Notes under the pieces: model-generated
The model's input: the letters and a program-made list of their open reading frames with translations, nothing else
Database searches by the model: none
Told to the model about the DNA's origin: nothing
IMG/VR virus record: IMGVR_UViG_3300035698_027145
Span: 828-64,827 of that record
Origin: a virus
Lineage: Duplodnaviria > Caudoviricetes
DNA: 64,000 nucleotides
Strand: one strand, 5' to 3'
Part shown: in pieces, positions 47,905 through 56,890 of the stretch
Layout: every line of letters begins with the position of its first letter
Numbering within the stretch: position 1 is the stretch's first letter
Made by a program: the position numbers and the translations under genes

Positions 47905-48636
47905 ATGGAAATAGCTATAACACATTTAGGGAATATATCCCAATTGATTCCTGCCACAAGTGTGATCAGAGGTATTAAGAAGCAACAGGTAAATACTAAT
48001 ATCACTTGGGTAGTTGAAAAAAAAGAATTTTGTTATTTTAACGATTATAATAAAGATGTTAAAAGGACTATAACTATTGATCAGTTTGCTAAGGAAGAGA
48101 AGGAATATGATCTATTGATTAATCTCTATCCTTATTTTCCAGAGGATCTAAAGGTCTCTTCTGTTATTAGGAATGCTACTGGTTTTTATTTTCACCCTTA
48201 TTTTGATAAATTTGAAAAAGTTTTTTCTGGGGATAGTAGAGATTTTCCTGAGATGAATCTTTTCCAGTTGTATTTTATCTTAAGTGGGATGATATGGAAG
48301 GGCGAGGGATATGACATAAGGTATTATCCTAAGACTAAGACGAAATCTAATAAGGTAGGAGTCTCTGTAGCAAGTGCAAATGTAAGAAATTACGTTTTGG
48401 ACAACTTAGAGATAGACAGTAAAAAAATATGGTATATTCCATATAAGAAAAATATATTTAAACGAATGAATGAGATAAATAAGTGTAAAAAGATCATTAC
48501 TGATGACCTTATTACGTTTCATTTGTCAATGTCAATGAGAAAATACGTGTATTATCTAGACACATTTACATTATCTACGAAATTAGAGTTATTTAATCGT
48601 GGAGAGATATGTAAAGTGCCTATGAATATTATTTAG
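47905..48636 (+). CDS. GT9 (heptosyltransferase)-like protein, divergent
   Basis: HLGNISQLIPATSVIRGIK...ITWVV, YDLLINL, IITDDLITFHLS. Confidence 0.65.
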   Translation: MEIAITHLGNISQLIPATSVIRGIKKQQVNTNITWVVEKKEFCYFNDYNKDVKRTITIDQFAKEEKEYDLLINLYPYFPEDLKVSSVIRNATGFYFHPYFDKFEKVFSGDSRDFPEMNLFQLYFILSGMIWKGEGYDIRYYPKTKTKSNKVGVSVASANVRNYVLDNLEIDSKKIWYIPYKKNIFKRMNEINKCKKIITDDLITFHLSMSMRKYVYYLDTFTLSTKLELFNRGEICKVPMNII

Positions 48637-48648
48637 TAAGGAAGCTAT

Positions 48649-49455
48649 ATGAATGTCAAGCCATCATTAAATCAAATCATAATCGATCAGAAAAAAAGAA
48701 AGATCGTAGATGAAGTCCCATCAACAGTTATTTATTCTCCATCTGTTTATGGGATAGACAATAGATGTACAGGAAAAGGTGTCAAAATTGCTATTTTAGA
48801 CTCTGGATGTACTAGTCATAAAGATATAAAATTTGAAGGTGATAAAATAAATTTTTGTGAAGACAATATAACTATTATTGATAAAAATGGTCATTCAACA
48901 ATGGTATCTGGTATTCTAAAAGCTAATAATAAGAAGGCTATAATTGGCATAGCTCCTCATGTTCAGCTATTATTTGGAAAAGTAGTTAATAGCAAGGGAG
49001 AGTGTGGCTTCAACTCCTTGGTCGCAGGAGTGCTGTGGGCTATAGTAAAAGAGGTTGACATCATAGTTATAGCCATGGGAACACAATACGACTACAGGGT
49101 ACTGTGCGATGCTATAAGGAAAGCAAGAGATCATGGTATCTGTATCTTTGCCGCTAGTGGGGATAGTGATGAATTAGACTATCCATCAAGATATAAAGAA
49201 GTGTTTTCAACAGGGTTTTTAACAAGGTCTAAGAAGAAAAACAACTTTATCAGAGAAAATGTTGATTTTTATTTACCTAACAAAGGTCTGTATACTACGT
49301 ATCTAGACAATAAATATGCAAAAGTGTCGGGATCTAGTATCTCAACATCTTTTTTTGCAGGATTAGGGGCAGTTTTGGTCGAACAGTATAAGAAGGAGAA
49401 AAAAAAGAATATTCCTAAATTAGTTTATTCTGAATTAAGTAAAATCAATAAATAG
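48649..49455 (+). CDS. Subtilisin-like S8 serine protease
   Basis: GKGVKIAILDSG (Asp), NGHSTMVSGIL (His), VSGSSIST (Ser). Confidence 0.88.
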   Translation: MNVKPSLNQIIIDQKKRKIVDEVPSTVIYSPSVYGIDNRCTGKGVKIAILDSGCTSHKDIKFEGDKINFCEDNITIIDKNGHSTMVSGILKANNKKAIIGIAPHVQLLFGKVVNSKGECGFNSLVAGVLWAIVKEVDIIVIAMGTQYDYRVLCDAIRKARDHGICIFAASGDSDELDYPSRYKEVFSTGFLTRSKKKNNFIRENVDFYLPNKGLYTTYLDNKYAKVSGSSISTSFFAGLGAVLVEQYKKEKKKNIPKLVYSELSKINK

Positions 49456-49465
49456 GAGCTATATC

Positions 49466-49966
49466 GTGACTGACCAAAACAAAGATTATATTCCTCAGAT
49501 CTGCAAGATAAAACATGATGCTCTTGATAAGAATATAGAGGGAATAAAAGAAGATATTGAGGAAATTAAAAATAATGAAAATCATCAGCATGAAGAAATA
49601 AAAAGCATGATAACAGATTTGACTATGGAAGTAAGAAGTAGTCATACTAATTTGAAAAATAAAATTGTCTTATCAGATCAAAAGATGGGTGACAAGATAG
49701 ATTCTCTTAATGAGTTTGACGAAAGTTTAAAAGGTAATGGAAAGCCTGGTATATGGGAATCTGTCAGGAGTATTCAAAGAAGTATCAAATGGATATTTGT
49801 ATTCATTATTGTCATATTAATCTTAACTCTTGGTGGCAATTATAGAGGCGTTTCTATTAGTGGTATTAAAGAAAAGTTCTTTAGTGCAGATAAACAGCCA
49901 ACTAAGCAAGTAGAACCTGTGCCTGTACCGAATATTGGGAAAGCTCGTATCATTCCTAAAAAATAA
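49466..49966 (+). CDS. Coiled-coil protein with one TM helix (holin/hemolysin-like)
   Basis: CKIKHDAL coiled coil, KGNGKPG, WIFVFIIVILILTLGG. Confidence 0.55.
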   Translation: MTDQNKDYIPQICKIKHDALDKNIEGIKEDIEEIKNNENHQHEEIKSMITDLTMEVRSSHTNLKNKIVLSDQKMGDKIDSLNEFDESLKGNGKPGIWESVRSIQRSIKWIFVFIIVILILTLGGNYRGVSISGIKEKFFSADKQPTKQVEPVPVPNIGKARIIPKK

Positions 49967-50028
49967 AGGATTTCTATAATAAAAATTTAATATATAAGCA
50001 TATAAATGTATTAAAAAAGAGAGTAAAC

Positions 50029-51081
50029 ATGAGCGAAATAAGATCTGTATCTAGTTTTAGAGGAACCTTTAGGCAAGGTAGCGTAGCGGATCTATTATTG
50101 AAAATCACTGATTTTGATGGCACTCCTGTAAATCCTAGTTCAATAGGATGCTCAATAAGAGGTCCAGTTGAAAACCCAAGCGACGATGGAGATCTGATCA
50201 TAGACTCAAGCTCTCCATTTAAAATAGAAGATGGTTATTATGTCTATTCGTGGGAAGTGGCTTCTGACCAGGCATTAGGAAGCTATAATGTGACATGGGT
50301 ATATGTAGTTGATGGTGAAGAAAAAACCGAATTACAAACAGTCACAATAGTAGAGAATCAATCCAATGCAGTTCCATCTTCATTTTACACCGAAAGATTG
50401 ATAGCAATGAGAGAAGCTTTAGAATATCATCTCATATGCGCTCAGAATATTCCTGTTTATTTTGAACAGTCTAAATATTCGAGAGATAATACTAAATTTG
50501 AATTTTCATTTCCAGACTGGAATCAGTCAGCAGGTGTTAAGATATATAGAAATGCAAAAGTAGTTAATTCAGGAGCAGAGGTAGATTATTTTAAAGGCAC
50601 AGTTACATTTGACACACAATTGCTTCCACAAGAAACTGTAAATGCTGATTATAACTTTAGATGGTTCACAGAGGAGCAGCTTACTAGATTTTTAGTTAAT
50701 GCTCTGCAAGCAGTGAATACTTATCCTCCTCACTCAGGATATAACCTTGATACTCTTCCTGATAGATATTTTACTACTGTTTTGTATGGAGCTATTAAAG
50801 ATGCTCTTAGAACTTTGATGGGATGCCTTATGTTCCAACAGCCTGCACAGGTATTTGGTGGAACAGAAGAAGCTGCAAAAGCTTTCTCTAATTTCGAAAC
50901 TCTAAAACAAAACTATGAAAAAGATTGGGATAAACTAGTAGAACAGAAAAAATTCGGACCATATCCAAAAACAAGAATGGTGGTAACTCCAGAATTTACT
51001 TTGCCTGGTGGTCGCTCACGTTGGTTCAGGTATCTCTTCAAAGTGATTTGTGTCGGTTTTGGGCTTGCATTGTTCCTTTAA
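50029..51081 (+). CDS. Virion structural protein, probable neck/head-tail adaptor with Ig-like domains
   Basis: GYYVYSW...GSYNVTW Ig-like; VDYFKGTVTF; FLVNALQAVNTYPP adaptor-like helix. Confidence 0.6.
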   Translation: MSEIRSVSSFRGTFRQGSVADLLLKITDFDGTPVNPSSIGCSIRGPVENPSDDGDLIIDSSSPFKIEDGYYVYSWEVASDQALGSYNVTWVYVVDGEEKTELQTVTIVENQSNAVPSSFYTERLIAMREALEYHLICAQNIPVYFEQSKYSRDNTKFEFSFPDWNQSAGVKIYRNAKVVNSGAEVDYFKGTVTFDTQLLPQETVNADYNFRWFTEEQLTRFLVNALQAVNTYPPHSGYNLDTLPDRYFTTVLYGAIKDALRTLMGCLMFQQPAQVFGGTEEAAKAFSNFETLKQNYEKDWDKLVEQKKFGPYPKTRMVVTPEFTLPGGRSRWFRYLFKVICVGFGLALFL

Positions 51082-51100
51082 GAGGGTTTTTATAAATTTT

Positions 51101-51138
51101 AAAGATGTCTCAGACTTGTTTTGAGGCATCTTTTTTTA
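51101..51138 (+). terminator. Intrinsic terminator
   Basis: AAAGATGTCTCAGA / TTTGAGGCATCTTT stem then T run. Confidence 0.85.
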
Positions 51139-51256
51139 TACCCAAAAACAAGCACTTACATTAGATTCTCCAGAATACACTTTTTTTAAAGGATTTTAAC
51201 TAATATATTGGAAAGTGAATGTATAATCGCTATATTAGTTAGAATAGGAGAGCATT

Positions 51257-52369
51257 ATGCCAGTAAAAGGTCAGACATTATCAAAAGAAGCAATTGAGAA
51301 GATGAAAGCATCGAAGCTATCGAGGCTTTTGTCCAAATATAATTGGGAATTAGCAGAACCATATCTTGACAGAGAGATTAAGAATGGAGCAGCTAAGAGG
51401 ACGACTCAATATATCACTCTTAGAGAGTTTAAAGCTAATATTATATCTGGACTATCTATTAACGATATGGGGTCTACAGGAATTTCTAGGAAGGTTTTGC
51501 AATTTTTTAGTAATTTTTGCCAAGGGAATATAAAGCTGATAAAAGAGCAGTTAGAATATAGTTATAAGCAGGGTATGTCATTAGATGAAATATCAAAAGA
51601 GTTTTCTGTGACTAGAGAGGATCTCACCTGCTTACGTCAGTTGTATGATATTAAGCGTAGGGGAGCAACCTACATGAATAGGAAGAAGACAGAGCACAAG
51701 CTAACTCAGAGGCAGAGAGACATCTTGTATGGATCTATGATGGGCGATGCAAAAAGAAATCATACCCAGTGGAATTCTATAGCTTGTTTTAAGCATTCAG
51801 ATAAACAGGAGAATTATTTAAAATGGAAATTTGAAGAGTTTCGAAGCGTGTCCAAGAAGGAGACTTTAAAATTTTCGGTATCCACAGACACGAGAGAAGA
51901 ATATAAAAATCATCACGGAAGTTGGAGCTTCTATACTAAAGCTAATAGCGATATAGAAGAGTGTATAGACAAATTTTATGGTGGAGGGAAAAAAGAAATT
52001 ACCAGAGATATCTTAGATCATTTATCAGAGCTTTCTTTAGCAGTATGGTATATGGATGACGGGACTACATCTTTTTCTCATAATAGGATGTTAAGCACAG
52101 GCCATAATCTCACTCCTGAGGTTAAGTTTTGCACAGATTCTTTCTCAGAACAATCTTGTGATAACATTGTTGAGTGGTTTAAAGAGAGGTGGGATATCGA
52201 CTCTCACAAGAGAGAGAGGGGAGTTAGTAAAAAGGGAGAAAAGCAATATAGAATTGTTCTCAAGTCCACTTCTGTTGATCATTTTGTTTCTCTTATACTC
52301 CCCCATATAATACCTTCTATGCTCTATAAGGTGGATTATGAAGCATATAAAGAAAAGATTGGAAAGTGA
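51257..52369 (+). CDS. Free-standing LAGLIDADG homing endonuclease with N-terminal HTH
   Basis: LYGSMMGDA, HSDKQENYLKWK, LAVWYMDDG, FCTDSFS, PSMLYK. Confidence 0.9.
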   Translation: MPVKGQTLSKEAIEKMKASKLSRLLSKYNWELAEPYLDREIKNGAAKRTTQYITLREFKANIISGLSINDMGSTGISRKVLQFFSNFCQGNIKLIKEQLEYSYKQGMSLDEISKEFSVTREDLTCLRQLYDIKRRGATYMNRKKTEHKLTQRQRDILYGSMMGDAKRNHTQWNSIACFKHSDKQENYLKWKFEEFRSVSKKETLKFSVSTDTREEYKNHHGSWSFYTKANSDIEECIDKFYGGGKKEITRDILDHLSELSLAVWYMDDGTTSFSHNRMLSTGHNLTPEVKFCTDSFSEQSCDNIVEWFKERWDIDSHKRERGVSKKGEKQYRIVLKSTSVDHFVSLILPHIIPSMLYKVDYEAYKEKIGK

Positions 52370-52437
52370 AAGCACTCTCTATATAATAGACCATATTCGA
52401 TAATATAGATATGAACCAATAATAGGAGCAAAGTAAA

Positions 52438-52812
52438 ATGACTAGATCTATTGAAACTAAGTATAAATGTGTTGATAGTAGTTTTGTCAATTATATAACT
52501 ACTCATTATATTGGATTTGAACGGCAGAATTCAGAGCTGTATGATTTCTTTAAAAATATTTTCAATGATATAGAGAATAAAGACGAGGGTGAAGTAAATA
52601 TAGTTAAAGAGATTAGAGTTTCTTCGTTTGTTAGAGAAATTCTTTTTACAATAGGAACGAGTTTTTTTTGGGCAGATGGTGTGAGTTGGGCAGATGGTGT
52701 GAGTAGTGATAGTTTATGGACGGCAGATGTAGTAACTAATGATGATATTGGAGATTGTATTATTTTTAAATATGACGAGCTTCGTTGTTGGTGTGACGAT
52801 TGTGAGAAATAA
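52438..52812 (+). CDS. Second stand-alone paralog of the MCP axial domain
   Basis: IFNDIENKD...KEIRV...FTIGTSFF...SLWTADV aligns with MCP AFKQIEQHD...AKIVT...RTFGKDFY...HLWTADI. Confidence 0.62.
   Translation: MTRSIETKYKCVDSSFVNYITTHYIGFERQNSELYDFFKNIFNDIENKDEGEVNIVKEIRVSSFVREILFTIGTSFFWADGVSWADGVSSDSLWTADVVTNDDIGDCIIFKYDELRCWCDDCEK
52669..52704 (+). repeat. 18-bp perfect tandem duplication (WADGVS x2)
   Basis: TGGGCAGATGGTGTGAGT twice. Confidence 0.95.
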
Positions 52813-52827
52813 CTTAGGATATATACA

Positions 52828-52986
52828 ATGACCCTATCGACTAAACTATCGAGTCCATCCCGTTTTTATCTTTTTGAGAAGGATAAATACAACAAGAAGT
52901 TTGATGTCTTTTTGGACAAAAAAGACCATTCTCATTTATGGAGATATCAGATAAAAGAAAAATTAGGAGCAAAGCAATGCGAATAG
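52828..52986 (+). CDS. Small hypothetical protein (52 aa)
   Basis: AGGA SD; MTLSTKLSSPSRFYLFEK...; not in ORF track. Confidence 0.5.
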   Translation: MTLSTKLSSPSRFYLFEKDKYNKKFDVFLDKKDHSHLWRYQIKEKLGAKQCE

Positions 52987-53156
52987 AAGACATAGATTTT
53001 AAGATGCATGAGATTTACAGTCAATCTATGGACTGGGAGACAGGTATAATGACTATCACCGATCATATAAGAGGGACAGTCAAGAAATCTCAGGCTATGC
53101 CTCCTAAAAGTCAAATGTATTATGCTTTGAAAAAAATGAGAGAAGATAGGAGCTAA
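52977..53156 (+). CDS. Small hypothetical protein
   Basis: Start reassigned to the ATG after AGGAGCAAAGCA. Confidence 0.6.
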   Translation: MRIEDIDFKMHEIYSQSMDWETGIMTITDHIRGTVKKSQAMPPKSQMYYALKKMREDRS

Positions 53157-53159
53157 GTA

Positions 53160-53393
53160 ATGTATATTTGGATAAGTAGGGATAAGGTCAGATTTATCTC
53201 CGATTCTGTTTATTTTTGGTCAGAGAAGCCATATTATGAATGGGAGCAAAGTTGGGTAAATAATAAAGATGGTCAGATGAGTATCGGATATATTGGCAGA
53301 ATGCGTATAGAAGAATTTGAAAAATGTAACGGCTATATTCCCGAAAAAGGATCTTGTGTAGAATATGAATTAACTAATTTAGGAGCAAAGTAA
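53160..53393 (+). CDS. Small hypothetical protein
   Basis: AGGAG SD; coupled to the next gene. Confidence 0.65.
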   Translation: MYIWISRDKVRFISDSVYFWSEKPYYEWEQSWVNNKDGQMSIGYIGRMRIEEFEKCNGYIPEKGSCVEYELTNLGAK

Positions 53394-53671
53394 TGGGAAT
53401 ATCTAAGTTTGAATTAAAAAATGTGGAACGCTGTCATTGCATCGTAGAATATTTTTTAGCAGAAAAATATGATAGAGATATATCTGTAAAAGATAATTTA
53501 CAAAGTTTTATAAGCTATTGGTATAGTTGTTCTATGCTTGATGGGATGATAGATAATGATAAGGTTGAAGATATTGTTAGTAATTATATGGGAGAAGATG
53601 ATATTATCAAAACACTAAAAAAGATGAAAAGAAAAATCGAGCTTGAGGGTGGCATAAAGATAATAGAATAA
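53393..53671 (+). CDS. Small hypothetical protein
   Basis: AGGAGCAAAGTAATG start. Confidence 0.65.
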   Translation: MGISKFELKNVERCHCIVEYFLAEKYDRDISVKDNLQSFISYWYSCSMLDGMIDNDKVEDIVSNYMGEDDIIKTLKKMKRKIELEGGIKIIE

Positions 53672-53684
53672 AAGGAGCAAAGTA

Positions 53685-53963
53685 ATGGATAATATATTTT
53701 TAGAAGCTATTGATTTTGAAGAGTCTAACAATGTTGCTAGTGGAGACGGATATTTTGATTTGCATACATACAAAGATGATAATCAATTTATCAGTTGTTG
53801 GAAAGCGGGATTGTGGCAGAGAGTAAAGTTTTTATTTTCGGGCAAAGTTTATTTATATTTAGAGCACAAGAATCAATCTGAAGAGATGAAGGAGATGTTC
53901 GATGGTAAGAATTATCATCAGCCTACTAGTGTAGCAATAGGTAGTCCATTTGGAGATAGGTAA
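53685..53963 (+). CDS. Small conserved phage protein
   Basis: ISCWK..LWQRVKFLFSGKVYL...HQP motif; AGGAGCAAAGTAATG start. Confidence 0.7.
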   Translation: MDNIFLEAIDFEESNNVASGDGYFDLHTYKDDNQFISCWKAGLWQRVKFLFSGKVYLYLEHKNQSEEMKEMFDGKNYHQPTSVAIGSPFGDR

Positions 53964-54251
53964 TGAATCGTTTCTGCAAAAAGTGTAAAGAATAGTGAAG
54001 ATCCAGACAATTTGCCTATTATTGAGATAGATAATCTTATCGAGAATAAAGATCACTATCTACAGATGCATGAGATATATTTGTTAAAAGCCAAATATTA
54101 TAAGAAGCTTCACTTTAAGGCTGAGCAGGCAGAAGTTATTAAGAGGTTAGGAGCAAAGCAATGTCTGCTGTATGCATTATTTGTGAAAAAGATGTTAATG
54201 TATTTTTACGAAGCAAATATAATGGAGAGATTCGTTGTGTCTCTTGTATGA
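53963..54251 (+). pseudogene. Small gene with probable +1 frameshift
   Basis: MNRFCKKCKE* stops after 10 codons; removing one A near 53987 joins it to KNSEDPDNLPIIEID... Confidence 0.45.
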
Positions 54252-54373
54252 CTAATAAGGATCGTATTGAGAAAGATCGTATTGAGGATATTCAGATAGG
54301 GTATCAATTAAGTGAGTGGTTAGAAGAGAAATTTGAACCAATAAAAGATCGTTTTGAGATATTAGATTTATGA
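54161..54373 (+). CDS. Zn-finger protein with C-terminal RFEILDL tag
   Basis: CIIC...CVSC; ends IKDRFEILDL. Confidence 0.7.
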   Translation: MSAVCIICEKDVNVFLRSKYNGEIRCVSCMTNKDRIEKDRIEDIQIGYQLSEWLEEKFEPIKDRFEILDL

Positions 54374-54699
54374 GATATAAGATAGGTGACAGAGTAAAGG
54401 TGAAGACAAGGGATAAGATGGTTAGTGAGTATGGTTTACAGGATATGTCTCATTTAGATAGTCATTCAGGTTTGATAAATTTTCCTGATAGTTCTGTTTA
54501 TGGGCCTGGTCATGAGCATGAAATAAACAAATCTTTTCCTGACAGAATTTTATTAATAGATAATATAGGCTATGACATTGAAACGGGTCAGGGGCATTAC
54601 TGTATGAGGGGCATGTATTATTGTTGGTCAGATTATATGATAGAGGGGATATATTTGGAAGAGTCTATAGGAAGTCGTTTCGACATATTAGATTTATGA
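54370..54699 (+). CDS. SH3/KOW-like protein with RFDILDL tag
   Basis: YKIGDRVKVK...WSDYMIE; ends IGSRFDILDL. Confidence 0.72.
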   Translation: MRYKIGDRVKVKTRDKMVSEYGLQDMSHLDSHSGLINFPDSSVYGPGHEHEINKSFPDRILLIDNIGYDIETGQGHYCMRGMYYCWSDYMIEGIYLEESIGSRFDILDL

Positions 54700-55016
54700 A
54701 ATACAAAGTTGGAGATGAGGTAAAAATAAAGACTTGGGAGGCCATGAAGGAAGAATTCATCATGACTACAAGTGAGAATATATCTATACATAAATATTCC
54801 AAGTATGTTAATCAGATGGAGTATATTATAAGAGAGTTAGATACAGATAGAGTAGTAACTATATCAGAAGTGATAGAAGATTTAGTTCCTCCGAGAATAT
54901 CTCATTACAAGATAGAAGAATCAGACACCAGTTGGGTATGGACAGATGAGATGATAGAATGTGTTGCAGCTCCATTAGACTCGATAAATAGCCGTTTTGA
55001 GATATTAGATTTATAG
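54696..55016 (+). CDS. SH3/KOW-like paralog with RFEILDL tag
   Basis: ATGA-coupled start MKYKVGDEVKIK...WTDEMIE; ends INSRFEILDL. Confidence 0.72.
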   Translation: MKYKVGDEVKIKTWEAMKEEFIMTTSENISIHKYSKYVNQMEYIIRELDTDRVVTISEVIEDLVPPRISHYKIEESDTSWVWTDEMIECVAAPLDSINSRFEILDL

Positions 55017-55029
55017 GAGAAGTAGTAAG

Positions 55030-55305
55030 GTGAGAAATTTAAAGCCAATAGAGAAATATTTTAAAAGATTAAAGCAAGTGGTTGAGGGTGATGATCCATT
55101 AGCTGTAGCTATTTTAAATTATCAGACTATAAAAGATAGTGTAGATTTTTGCGAGTATAAAAAGACAAATGATCGTGAAAAGATGGTAGAGAAAATGGAT
55201 GAGACTATTTCTACTATGGTCGATATATTGATTGTTAAGGATTGGGAAAGAGAAAAAATAGAAGAATTTTTAAATTATATGAACGATTTTGTAAGAGAAA
55301 TATAG
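55030..55305 (+). CDS. Hypothetical protein
   Basis: GTG start after AGGAG. Confidence 0.6.
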   Translation: MRNLKPIEKYFKRLKQVVEGDDPLAVAILNYQTIKDSVDFCEYKKTNDREKMVEKMDETISTMVDILIVKDWEREKIEEFLNYMNDFVREI

Positions 55306-55644
55306 ATGAAAGATATGTTAGGCATAAAATTGAAGGAAGGTCAGCATGTTTTTTATTTTAATCGTCAGGGCTGTAGCACATCTCATGAAGAAGCAAAGAT
55401 TGTTAAGGTTAGGACTAATAGTATAAGGATTGAGTTTTTAGATAATATTTTAGGAGGTCAGAAAAATAAGGGTCAGTTTACTACTGTATATAACACTAAA
55501 GGAAAGATCTTTGTATTTTCTAAAAATGTAGCAGATGAAAGAATAGCGTTTATAAAAAGGATAGATGATCTTTTAGAAGAAAAATTTTATTTGGAAAAAG
55601 AAGTAGAAAAAATACATTATAGAAGTGATATTTTAGATTTATAG
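55306..55644 (+). CDS. SH3-like protein with RSDILDL tag
   Basis: KDMLGIKLKEGQHV; ends IHYRSDILDL. Confidence 0.7.
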   Translation: MKDMLGIKLKEGQHVFYFNRQGCSTSHEEAKIVKVRTNSIRIEFLDNILGGQKNKGQFTTVYNTKGKIFVFSKNVADERIAFIKRIDDLLEEKFYLEKEVEKIHYRSDILDL

Positions 55645-55653
55645 GAGAATAGT

Positions 55654-55974
55654 ATGGGGTCATATGAACGTTGTGAGATATGTAAGGAATGGGATTTTAC
55701 TGGTGGGGTTTTAAAACATAAGTGCAAGCCTTTATGGATGTGTGGTATAGGTGATGAAGAAGATGATTATCACTATAAGGTGTATGCTCATTCTGCTGAA
55801 TCTGCTGCTGAGAAGTGTGCATCGGATCAAGAATCTAATTGGGATTATTCTTTTATTGAAAGTGGTGGAGTAGATATTAGTGTGTTTAATCCTAAGACAG
55901 AAGAGGTTACGAAGTTTTACGTTGGTGCGGAGCATAACATTCATTATAGTGCAAGCGAGAGAAAAGATGAGTAG
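55654..55974 (+). CDS. Small Cys/His protein
   Basis: CEIC...HKC; AGGAG SD. Confidence 0.68.
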   Translation: MGSYERCEICKEWDFTGGVLKHKCKPLWMCGIGDEEDDYHYKVYAHSAESAAEKCASDQESNWDYSFIESGGVDISVFNPKTEEVTKFYVGAEHNIHYSASERKDE

Positions 55975-56890
55975 GTCTCTTTTTTGCATATGGGGAATGA
56001 AAAGGTCAGGTAATCATGCTATCATAAGTTGGTTAAGAAATCACTATCCTAATAGTGTTTTTTATAATGACGAGAAGGTAGGGACTCCTGTTTCTACTGA
56101 TAATATTTTTAATAGTCATTCCTTAGCAGATCCCTCTAAAACAGATCAAGTCTTTATTAGTTATGAGGATTGTTATAGGGATGGTAGGGTTTTTGTCAGT
56201 TGGAGGGATTATGAAGAAAAAGACATACGCAAAGATCGTGGAATAAGAAATCCAGAACATTATATTACAGATGTTTCTGGTTTGGGAGAGTTTGATAAAA
56301 AATACAATATTATTATTCTTAGAGATGCTTTTAATTTATTTGCTAGTAGAATGAAGACTCATAGGCTTATCGATATTTCGTGGAGCTTAAATTATGACGA
56401 ACGATTTATAAATATGTGGAAAGATTATGCTATGGAGTTCTTAGGGGAAACAAATTTTATTCCTGATAAGTTGTGTATAAATTATAATAGATGGTGTTCA
56501 TCATCTTCTTATAGAAGAGAAGTAGAGAAAGTCTTGGGAGTATCGTTTTGCGATGATAGCATAGATATAGTTCCTACAAAAGGTCGAGGAAGCTCTTTTG
56601 ATGGTGGAAGCTTTGATGGGCAAGGTAGTAAGATGAAGGTGTTCGAGAGATGGAAGAAAATGATGGGTGATAAAGGATATGTATCTATTTTCAAAGATAA
56701 AGATATGATTAGATTGTCTAATGAAATTTTTGGAGATACAATATACGAGGAGTTTAAAAACCATAAAATCACGTTAGGTCAAAAGATAGACTTAGCTGGA
56801 GCAGATCAGAAAACGAAGTTAGCTAAAGAATGGAGAGAGATGTATAAAGACAGAATAGGCACGATGGGGGATTATGGAAGTATTAAATAG
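55967..56890 (+). CDS. Sulfotransferase-fold protein
   Basis: [14 protein letters not shown]-loop, [12 protein letters not shown]; start reassigned to ATG 55967. Confidence 0.75.
   Translation: MSRSLFCIWGMKRSGNHAIISWLRNHYPNSVFYNDEKVGTPVSTDNIFNSHSLADPSKTDQVFISYEDCYRDGRVFVSWRDYEEKDIRKDRGIRNPEHYITDVSGLGEFDKKYNIIILRDAFNLFASRMKTHRLIDISWSLNYDERFINMWKDYAMEFLGETNFIPDKLCINYNRWCSSSSYRREVEKVLGVSFCDDSIDIVPTKGRGSSFDGGSFDGQGSKMKVFERWKKMMGDKGYVSIFKDKDMIRLSNEIFGDTIYEEFKNHKITLGQKIDLAGADQKTKLAKEWREMYKDRIGTMGDYGSIK

Larger units (their letters stand above)
939..51214 (+). promoter_or_regulatory. Dispersed family of 15 putative late promoters AGG[A/T]-N17-nAA[T/A]
   Basis: Copies start at 939 (N18), 9442, 14740, 17126, 24927, 29687, 32904, 35718, 36523, 41335, 41890, 42204, 42387, 47096, 49967, 51190 (15 with N17 plus the N18 variant); mostly intergenic, often just after a terminator or stop codon. 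Confidence 0.75.

Noticed and set aside
51040-52400. Group I intron interrupting the neck gene and encoding the LAGLIDADG enzyme
   Set aside because: A terminator and a promoter separate the genes; no intron core or downstream exon is visible.
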